Assembly (NCBI RefSeq): GCF_963921235.1
Contig: NC_086097.1
Span: 123,816,001-123,880,000 of the forward strand
Length of the DNA stretch: 64,000 bases
Source of the DNA: Mobula hypostoma
Taxonomy: Eukaryota
Direction: 5' to 3'
A program made the translations under genes and the position numbers. How positions within the stretch are numbered: position 1 is the stretch's first letter; each line of letters starts with the position of its first letter. Below the pieces are notes generated by a model, which saw only the letters and a program-made list of their open reading frames with translations, did not search any database and had not been told where the DNA came from. Below are positions 53,000 through 64,000 of this stretch, piece after piece.

Positions 53000-53620
53000 A
53001 TATGGCAGATGGAATATAGTGTAGGGAAGTGTATGGTAGCAGGAATAAAGGTATAGACGATATTCTAAATGGGGAGAAAATTCAGAAATCAAATGTACAA
53101 AGGGACTTGGGAGTCCTTGTGCAGGATTCCCTAAAGGTTAACATACAGGTTGAGTCAGTGGTGAGGGAGGCAAATGCAATGTTGGCATTCATTTTGAGAG
53201 GACTAGAATACAAAAGCAAGGATGTATTGCCATGGTTTTATAAGGCATTGGTCAGACTGCACTTGGAGTATTGTGAGCAGTTTTGGGCCCCTTATCTAAG
53301 GAAGGATGTGGTGGCCCTGGGGAATGTCCAGAGGAGGTTCGTGGGAATGAAAGGGTTAATGTATGAGGAGTGTTTGATGGCATTGGGCTTGTATATTCGC
53401 TGGAGTTTAGAAGGATGGGGGGTGGGGGGAGATCTCATTGAAAACCTGAATATTGAAAGGTCTTGACAGAGTGGACATGGAGAGAATGTTTCCGATATAA
53501 TGAGAGAGTCTAGGACCAGAGGGCACAGCCTCAGAATAAAAGGACATCCTTTTAGAACAGAAATAATGAGAAATTTCTTTCACCAGAGGGTGGTGAATCT
53601 GTGAAATTCATTGCCACAGT
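53000..53620 (+). mobile_element. CR1 3' fragment
   Basis: VQRDLGVLVQDSLK...YKALVRLHLEYCEQFWAP. Confidence 0.88.
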
Positions 53621-55331
53621 AGGAAAAGGGTGATAAAGGCTTGTTAACTGCAGTTGGTCTGTTTGGAGTGGATAAATAAAGAAGCTAAGTGAAGACAGAG
53701 GAAAGGGAGAACAAAAAAAAACAAGAAAATAATCACTGGAACTGTAAAATATAAACTAGAGAAGCAAAGCATTAAAAAAACAGAAAATGGCAGAGAAACT
53801 CAGCAGGTCACACAGCATCTGTATAGAAAAATAAAGAGTCGACATTTTAGCCCAAGACCCTTCATCAGGACCGGAAAGGAAGGGGTGGAAGCCAGAATAA
53901 GGTGGTGGGGTGGGAGGAGTGGGGGAGAGGAGCACAAGCTAGATGATAGGTGAGACCAGGAGAGGGGGAGGGCGGATAGGTGGGGGAGGAGGATGGAGTG
54001 AGAAGATGGGAAAAGGTAAAGTGCTGGAGAAGAAGGAATCTGACAGGAGAGGAGAGTGAACTGCGGAAGAAAATGAAGGAGGAGGGGCACTTGAGGGAGG
54101 TGATGGAGATGAGAAAGGGTAAGAGGGGAGGCAGAATGCGGAATGGAAAAAGAGAGGAAGGGAGTGGGAAAAATTACCAGAAGTTAGAGAAATCAATGCT
54201 CATGCCATAATGCAACATTTGCAAAGGATTCATGTTGATTAATTAGTGGAATGGCATGTTTGTCATTTAAGAACAGGTGAAATGTACTTGGCTGAAGCTC
54301 CCAAGAGTTTAGAAGAACGAATGGTGATCTTGATACGTGCAATGATTTTAAGGAACTTGACAGGGTCAGGTTAGAGCTAGTGACTGCCCCTGGCTCAGTG
54401 TGTCTAGAACCATAAGACACAGTCTCAAGGTAGGACATCAGCAAATCAGGCCAGAGACAAGAAATTATGTCTTCACCCAGGTAAGGAATCTTGGGAATTC
54501 TCAACACAAGAGGAAAGTGGAGGCTCAGTCACTAAGTATCTTCAAGATAGAGATAGATAGATTTTTAAACACTAATTGAATCAAGTGATATGGAGCTAGT
54601 GCAGGAAAATGACCTTGAAATAAAAGACCAACCATAATCTTGTTGAACGGTGGAACAGGCGCCAGCAACTAAGTGGAAATTCTTTATATTTCATATATTG
54701 GTCTTTTGCTGAAAATCTGAATTAAAAGTAGAATGGAGGAAATATTCAGCAAGCCAGGCAGCATTGACAGAGAAAGAAACATAATGAAGTGACCTAGTGG
54801 AGGGGAAACTAGAGTTGAGGCATCTCAGAAGCATGAATGTGGAAGGTAACAACATCAGAGGGAATATAGAGCAGCTGGAGAAACAGGGAGAATGGAATAA
54901 AGTCCTTGCAAGTAGCAAGGTGGGAAGATGGATTTTAAATGCTATTGGCTAAAGTTCAAAGTAAATTTACTATCGAAGTATGTACATGTCACAGTATACT
55001 ACCCTGAGATTCGTTTTCTTGCAGGCACTCACAGAAGTACAAAGAAATACAATAGAATCAATGAAAAGCTGCACACAAAGTCTAACAAGGAACCAATGTG
55101 CTAAAGAAGAGAAACTGTAAATACAAATAATAATAAATAAGTAAATAATACGGAGAACACGAGTTGAGAATCCTTGAAACTAAGTCCATAGCTTGTGGAA
55201 TCAGTTCAGATTTGAAGTAAGTGAAATTATCCATGCTGGATCAGGATGAATGAAGGAAATGCCTATTCCTAAACCTGGTGGCCATTATGCATGGTCCAGA
55301 TATTATCAGAAAACCAAGCAGGTAATAAGAA

Positions 55332-55632
55332 AAACACATCAAAGTTGCTGGTGAACGCAGCAGGCCAGGCAGCATCTCTAGGAAGAGGTACAGTCGACGT
55401 TTCGGACTGAGACCCTTCGTCAGGACTAACTGAAAGAAGAGCTATCTCCCCCTCCCCCTCTCGCTTTCAAATCTCTTCCTAGCTCTTCTTTCAGTTAGTC
55501 CTGAGGAAGGGTCTCGGCCCAAAACGTTGACTGTACCTCTTCCTATAGATGCTGCCTGGCCTGCTGCGTTCACCAGCAACTTTGATGTGTGTTGCTTGAA
55601 TTTCCAGCATCTGCAGAATTCCTCATGTTTTC
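55332..55632. mobile_element. Young Penelope-like fold-back insertion carrying two opposed hammerhead motifs
   Basis: Perfect 14-bp TSD gcaggtaataagaa (55318-31 / 55633-46); 111-bp inverted arms 55334-55444 and 55480-55590 with about 6 mismatches. Confidence 0.92.
55391..55428 (-). ncRNA. Minimal type-I hammerhead ribozyme motif, core intact
   Basis: UAGUC-CUGACGA-A-GGGU(CUCA)GUCC-GAAA-CG-UC-GACUG; palindromic ACGU in place of stem III. Confidence 0.72.
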
Positions 55633-55667
55633 GCAGGTAATAAGAATATTATTCTGTAACTTCTTAC

Positions 55668-55688
55668 CTTTTGGCCATGACTTTCAAC
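55668..55688 (-). CDS. RGS22: RGS22 21-nt microexon (VESHGQK)
   Basis: ttttctctacag|GTT...AAG|gtaaga, phase 0-0; joins in frame to the LSWSLSKY exon and aligns with recalled human LQPYGRQ. Confidence 0.75.
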
Positions 55689-55971
55689 CTGTAGAGAAAA
55701 TTTAAAGAAAAAGTAGTTCAGTGACTGATTTTTTTTAACTGTTCATGCATTTTCTTGGAGATTATTGGCCCAGAATTTGATTCAGAAGCCTCCCAGTATG
55801 GTTCAAGAAATATGCCTAGAAAGAGCCAACAATTTTGAGGTGACAACTTGCATTTTTCCAAAACATGCTGATGTCTGCCAGCTTTTCAGAGCGATTTATA
55901 CACCCAGTGGCTGTGATGTCATCAAGCTGGCTCAATAGCCAATCATGTTAAAGAATACTCATATGCAGAAA

Positions 55972-56324
55972 GTAGGTGGTGGGGTGGAAATACATCTCTA
56001 CCAGAGGAGGTGTAAAGTGCTCTTTCCCTCCGCTAGTCTGCAGGTCACCCTTAGGCAAGATGTAGGCACCCGCTTAGCCCCCTGATCAGGGTCACGTAAA
56101 GCCATGGGAGCAGATGATGCATATCACAAGTCCTGGTTATGTGACCACTGACGCTAGGTAGACAATCTCTGAAGAGTATTGATAATGATTGGGGTCACCT
56201 GTCTTGTAAAAGTCACTGCCCAGAAGAAGGCAATGGCAAACCAACTCTGCAGGACATTTGCCAAGAACAATCATATTCGTGGATAGACCACGATCGCCCA
56301 CGTCATACGGCATGGCACATAATG
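55972..56324 (+). mobile_element. RTE-related non-autonomous element / SINE
   Basis: RTE-type core gaagaaggcaatggcaaacca...tgccaagaa; tail ...ggcacataatg; 9-bp TSD atgcagaaa (55963-71 / 56325-33). Confidence 0.7.
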
Positions 56325-56724
56325 ATGCAGAAAATTTCAAAGCTGTTTGAGAGTTCTTGCCATTTTACCTGACTCTAAGCAAAACTCATTTCATTCTGAG
56401 TGTAATTATGTTGTCACACAGATATTTCTAAGAATAATCTTTGAACTTACTCATGTTTTTTTGTGATTTTTATTTTGCATGGATGCAATGTTTAGAAACT
56501 TAGATACAACTTGTTTTGAGATTTCCTACATAGGAGAATTTTTTTAAAGTGATTGGTCTATTGTAAGACGAAGAGCATACTTAGACTACAAAGAGCTAAG
56601 TTAAAAATTCTGAATACTTTTACAATGAATCAAGCTTGTATAAATCTTAAATTCAGACCAGTTGAATTGATTTTCACTTGACTGCTGGAAAAGGCAAGCC
56701 ATGTTTGATCACTAGAGAGGAATT

Positions 56725-57590
56725 CTGGGCACAAGAGGTTCTGTAGGTACTAGAAATCCAGAGCAACACACACAAAATGCTGGAGGAACTCAGCAGGTCA
56801 AGGGGCATCTATAGAAGAGAATAAACAGTCGATGTTTCAGGCCAAGACTCTTCGTCAGGACAGGAAATGAAGGGAGAAGAAGCCAGAATAAGAAAGTGGG
56901 GGAGAGAAAGGATTACAAGTTGACAGGTGGACCAGGTGAGGGAGGGTGGGGGAGGGGATGAACAAGGGAGCAGGGAGGTGATAGGAGGAAGAGGTAAAAG
57001 GCTGAAGAAAAAGGAATCTGATAGGAGAAGAGAATGGAGTATAGGAGAAGGGGAAGGAGGGAAGTGACGGACAGGGGTAAGAGGGGAGCCAGACTGGAGA
57101 ATAGAAAAGGAAAGAAAGGGGAAGGGGAGAAATTACTGGAAGCTGGAGAAATTGATATTCCTGCCATCAGGTTGGAGGCTACCCAGACAGAATATGAGCT
57201 GTTGCTCTTCCAATCGGAGAGTGGCCTGATTGTGGCAGAAGAGGAGCCCATGGACTGACATTTCAGACTGGGAATGGGGCGCTGAATTGAAATGGGTGGC
57301 TACCAGGAAATTCTGGACAGAGAGAAGGTGCTCGATGAAGCAGTCCTCCACTTTATGTCATGTGTTACTGATGGACAGGAGCCTGCACTGGGAGCACCGG
57401 ATGCAGTAGATTACCACAATAAACTTACAGGTGAAGTGTCGCCTCACCTGGAAGGGCTGTTTGTGGCCTTGAATGGTGGTGTAGGGGGAGGTGTAGCACT
57501 TGTCCCGCTTGCAGGGATAAGTGCCAGGAGAGAGATCAGCAGGGACAGATGAATGGATAAGGGTGTTCCATAGAGAGCAATCTGAGTGGA
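56725..57590 (-). mobile_element. Penelope-like element 3' fragment: GIY-YIG endonuclease remnant plus terminal repeat
   Basis: HFTCKFIVVIYCIRCSQCRLLSI; FIEHL..VATHFNSAPHS...LEEQQLIFCLGSLQPDGRN; degenerate hammerhead at 56826-56862. Confidence 0.88.
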
Positions 57591-58295
57591 AAGCAGAGAG
57601 GGGTATGACCCAGTTGAAGATATATTGATAGGTTGATTGGTTATGGTAAATATGACCTTTGTGTACAGCTGGTGGAATTAAGGAGTAGTTGACTGGAGTG
57701 TAGGAAAGAACGTGCCACAGGGCGAAAGTGGGGGATGGGATTGATAGGGTTACTCTGAGAGCCAGCATTGGCATGATGGGCCAAATGGCCTCATTCACCA
57801 ACATAAGGAAATAGATGAAAGTTCACATCTTCATCTCCTTGCATAAATTGATTAGTAAGGGCATAAAAGGCTATGGGAACAAGACAACAGAATGGGGTTC
57901 AGAGGGATAATAAATCAGTCATGATGGAATGATGGAACAGATTCGATGGGTCAAATGGCCTAATTCTGCCTCTATGCCTTATGATAACCGATTTTCAACT
58001 TAACCTTTAAGTTCAGTACTTAAGCACTAGAAAACTTGACAACCTAACTCTTAAAGTCTGTAAATTTTCAGAGTTTTTAAAATAAATAAAGATAATTATT
58101 TCCAGTTCTTTGCATTATGATGAGAAATTATTAGTTACAACAGCTTCTAATGAGCATTTAATTCTCAGGACTGAGATGCTCCCCTTGGATCTCATCTGTT
58201 CTTCACCTCTAAACTATTGCTATTGGTGTTCCGCTTTGTCTCTTACATCTGGTCTATTTTTGTCAAATGCTCAGATATTTCCCCAAGTACTGCAC

Positions 58296-58352
58296 CTGTC
58301 CAGGTGATCTAGCACCTTTGACGTTCAATGCTTCTTCATCTGATATCATCAC
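58296..58352 (-). CDS. RGS22: Possible upstream RGS22 exon (57 nt)
   Basis: Acceptor tttctttttaacaag|; open frame VMISDEEALNVKGARSPGQ, phase 0-0; donor gtgcag is weak and there is no recognisable homology. Confidence 0.25.
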
Positions 58353-59649
58353 CTTGTTAAAAAGAAATAACTTGTTGTGATAAATAAAACGGAATCTGTG
58401 TTTAACAATATAACTACTAGTGCATTTCAAACTGATCTTTGCAAAATGCTACATTAATGTAGTCAGCTGATTTTGGACTCAATGGGTCGTATTGCCTCCT
58501 CTCACACTGTAAAGATTCTATGGTCAAATTCAGTGCCATCTTATGGAATTAAACCCTGGCCTGGAAATTCATCACATGACATCTCAAGCTGGAAGACAAC
58601 AAATTAGTTTTGTTTTTCCTTTGAGCCTCTGCCTCTGCTAGTTTCAGATGTGTAGAAGGCTTAGTGCACTGCAGATTTGATCCAACAAGGATGAAGTCAA
58701 AGGGTGGTGATTTCAAGCACTTATATACGGAAGGGACAACCAGGCATAGTTTAGCTCAAATCTGAGCATGTAATTTCCTTCAAATCTGGCCTGACTAACT
58801 CACACTTCTAGTTGTGCCACTTAAAGCTCAGTGCAGCCAGGTTCCAGCTCACACCCCCATCCTGGGTAATGACATGCATGAAAACTATGGTATCCGGGCC
58901 AGTGCTGCATCCACTGGACACCAGGTGTCCATGTCAATATGAGCCAATGCCTTAGTGCGGACCTAGAGGGAAAACTCCAGGCATCATACACACCCACTGA
59001 GTCCCAAATCAAGCTTCACAAAAGATTCTTCGTGAAAATTATTGCAGGCCACAAGTAAACATTACATCACACATTTTCATTTACACACTTTTAGTCTCAA
59101 TTCAACACCAATTGCTTAGAATAAGCATTTTTTTCTATCAATATGTACAAAATGCTTCTCCAATCACATCTTTTATTTCTTGTCCTGTAACCCTCCCTCT
59201 TGTCATTTAAATGTCCATGCCCTCTTCTCATTACTACCATCGGGGAGGAGGTACAGGAGCCTGAAGGCGCACACTCAATGTTTTAGAATGAGCTTTTCCC
59301 CTCCACCATCAGATTTCTGAATGGACAATGAACCCATGAATGTTACCTCACTATTTTTGCTCTCTTTTTGCACAATTTATTTATATATATAGTATAATTA
59401 TTGCATTGACATGGAGAGGATGTTTTGTATAATGAGGGTGTCTAGGACCAGAGGGCACAACCTCAGAATACAAGGATATCCCTTTAGAACAGAGATGAGA
59501 GAAATTACTTTAGCCAAAGGGCGGTGAATCTGTGGAATTTATTGCCACAGATGGCTGTGGAGGCCAAGTCATTAGGTACATTTAAAGCAGAGGTTGATAG
59601 GTGGAACTAATGTTATGAGTTGCATATATTTCAATGCATTGTAAGAAAA

Positions 59650-62400
59650 GTGGTTGAGTTTAGGGCATGGATCAGCACGTGGAGTTATGACATTGTAGCC
59701 ATGAGTGAGATTTAGTTACAGGAGGGGCAGGACTGGCAGCTCAATGTTCCAGGGTTCTGTTGTTTTAGAGTGAGAGTGATTATAGGGGAGGGGTGGCATT
59801 ATTAGTCCTGGAAAATGACACAGCAATGCTCAGACAAGACAGGCTGGAGAGCTCGTTTACTGAGGCTATATGGGTGGAACTGAGGAAGAAGAAAGGGATG
59901 ACCACATTAATATGATTATATTCTAGACCACCCAACAGTCAGTGGGATTTAGAGGAGCAAATTTATAGAGAGATGACAGCCTGTTGCAAGAGACATAAGG
60001 TTGTGATAGCAGGTGATTTTAACCTTTCCACATATTAACTGGGATTCCCATATTGTAACAGGGCTGAAGGGGGTTGAATTCATCAAATGTGTCCAGGAAA
60101 GTTTCCGTCATCAATGTATAGAGATTCCAACTAGAGAGAGAGCGACACTAGTTCTCCTATTAGGCAATGAGACAAGGCAGATGATAGAACTTTGTGTAAG
60201 GGGAAAATTTTGCAACATATTGCATTAGTTTCAAGATAATTATGGAGAGGAATAGATATGGTTGTCAGGTTGAGGTTATAAATTTGAGAAAGGACAATTT
60301 TGATGGTCTCAGAAAGGATCTGACAAGTGTGGATCGGGACAGGCTGCTTTCTGGCAAAGGTGTGCTTGGTAAATGGGAGGCCTTCTTCAGAAATGAAATG
60401 TTGAAAATACCAAGCTTGTATGTGCCGGTCAGAATAAAAGGGAAGAATATGGAACCTTGGCTTTCGAGAGATATTGAGGCCCTGGTTAAGCACTTCATCT
60501 GCATAGGTGCATATCTCAGAAGGAGCAAATGAGGTACTTGATGAGTATAAGAAATGCAAGAGAACACTTAAGAAGGAAATAGAGAGAGCGAAAAGAAGAC
60601 ATGAGGTTGTTTTAGCAGATAGGGTGAGGGAGAATCCCAAGCGCCACCACAGATATTAAAAGCAAAAGGATAGCAAGGGACAAAATTGGTCCTCTGGAAG
60701 ATCAGAGTGGTACTCGGTGCATGGAGTCAAAGAGATGGAGGCGATCTTAAATGGATTTTTTGCATCTGTATCTACTCAGGAAATGTCTATAGAAATGAGG
60801 CAAAACTGCAGTGAGGTCATAGACCATATACAAATTACAGAGGAGGAGGTATTTGCAGTCTTGAGGCAAATTAGGGTGCAGATTCCCCGGAGCCTGACAA
60901 GGTGTTTCCTCGGACACTGTGAGAACCTAGTACTGAAATTATAGGGGCCTAGCGGAAATACTTAAAACGTTCTTAGTCATGGGTCAGGTGCCAGAGGACT
61001 GGAGGATAGCTAATGTTGTTCCATTGTATAAGAAAGGCTCTAAGAATAGGCTGGGAAATTACAGGCTGGAGAGCTTGCTGTAAGTAACTGGAAGGTATTC
61101 TAGGGGAACAAATATATGAGTATTTGGATAGACCTGGACTGACTAAGGATAGTCAGCATGGTTTTGTGTTTGTTAGGTCGTGGCTAACCAATCTTATAAA
61201 GCTTTTAGGGGAAATTACCAGGGAAGTTGAAGGCTAGCTAACGGGTGTTGTTTGCAGGCACTTCAGCAAGATCTTTGATAAGGTCCCACAGGGAGGGTTG
61301 GTCAAGAAAGTTCAGTAACTTGGCATTCAGGATGTGGTAGCAAATTGGATTAGACATTGGCTTCGTGGGATAAGTCAAAGAGTGGTTGCCTCTCTGACTG
61401 GAGGCCTGTGACTAGTGGTGTGCCGCAGGGATCGGGGCTGGTGCTGGGTCTGTTGTTGGCTGTCATCTATATCGATGATCTAAATGATATTGTAGTAAAC
61501 TGGATCAGCAACTTCTGCAGCTGACACCAAGATTGAGGGTGTAGTGAACAGCCAGGAAGACAATCATGGCTTGCAGTGGGATCTGAACCAGCTGAAAAAA
61601 TGGGCTGAAAAATGGCAGATTGAATTAGTGAAGACAAGTGTGAGGTGTTGCACTTTGGGAGGACAAACCAGGGTAGGACTTAAAAGGGTCAGCAGTAGGA
61701 CACTGAACAGTGTGGTAGAACAGAGGGATCTGGGAATACAGATGCATAATTCCATGAAAGTGGCATCACAGCTAGGTAGCACCGTAAAGAAACGTTTTGG
61801 CACATTGGCCTTCATAAATAAAAGTACTGAATACAGGAGATGGGATGCTATATTGAAGTTGTATAAGACATTGGTGAGGCCCAAGTTGGAGTATTGTTTG
61901 TAGTATTGCGGGCCTAATTGGTCACCTACGTACAGGAAAGATGTCAATAAGATTGAAAGAGAAATTTTACAAGGATGTTGCCAGGACTTGAGGACCTGAG
62001 TTATGGGGAAAGTCAATCAGGTTTGGACTTTATTCCCTGGAGTGCAGGAGAATGAGAGTAGATTTGATAGAGGTATACAAAATTATGTGGAGTGTAGATA
62101 GGATAAAGGTAAACAGGCTTTTTCCACTTACATTAGGTTGAGTGAAACTAGAAATAGAGGTCATGGGTTAAGGGTGAAAGGGGAACATGAGGGGGAACTT
62201 CTTCCCTCAGGGGGTGGTGAGAGTGTGGATCAAGTGGCCAGCGGAAGTGGTGGATCTGGGTTCGAATTAAATAGTTAAGAGAAATTTGGATATATATATA
62301 TATATGGATGGGAGGGTATGGTGGGCTATGGTCCAGGTACAGGTCAAAGGGACCAGGCAGATTAGGGTGCCTAATTTTTGTGAGTTGTAGTATTCTATGA
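59650..62400 (+). mobile_element. Old CR1 LINE spanning most of ORF2, heavily decayed
   Basis: Fragments FPHINWDSH, EPWLSRDIEAL, VEQRDLGIQMHNSMKV, LYKTLVRPKLEYC. Confidence 0.88.
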
Positions 62401-64000
62401 CCCTTACACTTTGAGATTCTGATTCTCGTCATCCATCTTGTCACCAACCTCATCCTCAATCTACTGTTTCCTTATTTTAAAAAATCTCTTAGATCTCTAA
62501 CCTCGGATGAAATGTCCTCAAACTGACACACTCGTTGCAGTATTAACTCTCCTCAGGCTGGAGAGCTGGAGGGGGTTATAGTGGGGACTGAAGAACCTTT
62601 AAGTAGGGATAGACTGTTTCTATCCCTCCATTTATGCACCTTCTGCCATTATCATGATGGTCCACACTAAGACATCTTGGACAGGCGGAACAAGTCAATA
62701 ACATGAGTAAATCAGACTCTCAGAGTGGGCCAAGAGGTAGGCAGATGTAAAGATTGCTGGCCAGCATTCCCCAGGTTTAGGTAACTGAACTGAAAGCAGC
62801 CTTCTCTGGGAGATTAGGAGGCCGGAAGTAAGAATTTATGGTGCTGATTATTTCAATGCTCTTTGTTCAAAACTAAACCTTAGACAACGTGAGATGCAAT
62901 TACAACCATTTCCAGGTTGTTTTGTTTAACATTGAAGTTCAAGTCATCACACGTGTGCCTGATGCAGTTTCTATATCAGACTGCACTATCCAGGTATGGT
63001 TATCCCAAAAGTAATGATAGTCAGTGAGGTTTGATAGTGCCTATCCTGGAATGAGAGAGGATCTCATTGAAACCTATTGCATATTGAAAGGCCTAGATAG
63101 AGTGAATGTGCAGAGCATGTTTCCTACAGTGGGGGAAGTCTCAGACCAGAGGGCACAGGCTCAGAATAGAGGGATGTCCATTTAAAACAGTCATGAGGAG
63201 GAATTTCTTCAGCTAGAGGGTGGTCAATCTATGCAATTTATTGTCACAGCCGGCTGTGGAGGTCAAGTCATTGGATATATTTAAAGCAGGGGTTGATAGG
63301 TTCTTGATTAGTAAAGGTGTCAAAGCTAATGGACAGATGGCTGGAGAATGGGACTGAGAGGGAAAATAAATTAGCCATGACTGAATGGCTAATTTTGCTC
63401 TTATGTCTTATGTCTTATGATCAGATACTTAGCTTCTATCCTTACTTCCAAGACCCTTGACCCAGCCATCCCTCCTGAGGCCAAATTACTCTTATTTTCT
63501 GAACTTATGATCCCCTGAGACTTCCAGAGAAGACACTAATCTCCTTTTACCCCTGCCCACCAGCAACCTGTCAACACCCTCAAAAACCAAGCCCCTCTCA
63601 GGCTAGGGGCCACTGATGCAGCTCCTGTCCCTGGCGCAGCAATTTCCTTCTTGGTAGAGTGAAAAACCTCAACTGCAGACATGGCTGAATGTTGTAGAGG
63701 CAGACCCACAGTGGAAAGATTGCTGGGACCCTTCCACATGAGTCCATGGTGCACCTGTAGCAGCAAACTCCAAGTTCTAGACTGGGCTCTCTTGCAGGAG
63801 CTCTTGTGGTCTGAATCGAACAGAAGAGCTTCCCTCCCTCCCTCTTCGCCCTGTTGCAATCAGCAGCCTCTCAATTCATCCAAACCCATCTCCTCCCTCC
63901 ACGCATTGCCAGGACATGTATTCTGATTGCTTGCTGAAGCTTTCCATCACTTGGTAAGTATCAAGCCAATGAAATTATATTATTATATAACCCGAGCTCT

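Noticed and set aside
53511..53530. CTCF-like GGACCAGAGGGCAC recurring in CR1 copies
   Set aside because: It lacks the near-invariant CC of the core and is explained by CR1 coding sequence (SRTRGH).
53800..54210. Ser/Pro-rich and Glu/Gly/Arg-rich ORFs (also 648..992 and 56913..57258)
   Set aside because: Translations of the purine/pyrimidine-skewed 3' UTR of Penelope-like elements.
58247..58352. Longer RGS22 exon using the stronger donor gat|gtaaga at 58247
   Set aside because: All three frames contain stops over this span.

Overview
Eukaryotic, intron-rich and repeat-dense vertebrate DNA. The repeat repertoire (CR1, V-SINE, Penelope relics) suggests a cartilaginous fish, probably a ray; this is an inference. 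Three spliced genes can be read. (1) The last three coding exons of TMX3 (+, 110-4395). (2) A complete four-exon COX6C (-, about 21095-29950) with a CpG-island promoter and an intron in its 3' UTR. (3) The 3' exons of RGS22 (-, including a 21-nt microexon at 55668-55688), whose terminal exon is ambiguous. Most other sequence is mobile DNA: a full-length 5.9-kb L1 with an 11-bp target-site duplication (TSD) and only two coding lesions, many CR1 fragments, a Tc1 transposon and two Tc1-derived MITEs, a Gypsy remnant and two solo LTRs, Tx1 and Rex1-like fragments, RTE-derived non-autonomous elements, V-SINEs, a 36-bp minisatellite and many Penelope-like (PLE) terminal repeats. The most notable observations are minimal type-I hammerhead ribozyme motifs in the PLE repeats, including a young fold-back insertion with an intact sense-strand hammerhead beside the RGS22 microexon; an inverted copy of the L1 5'-terminal motif inside its long inter-ORF spacer; and TMX3 sitting where VPS13B is found next to COX6C in human. 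No prokaryotic system (CRISPR, retron etc.) is supported. Repeat boundaries without a TSD are approximate.
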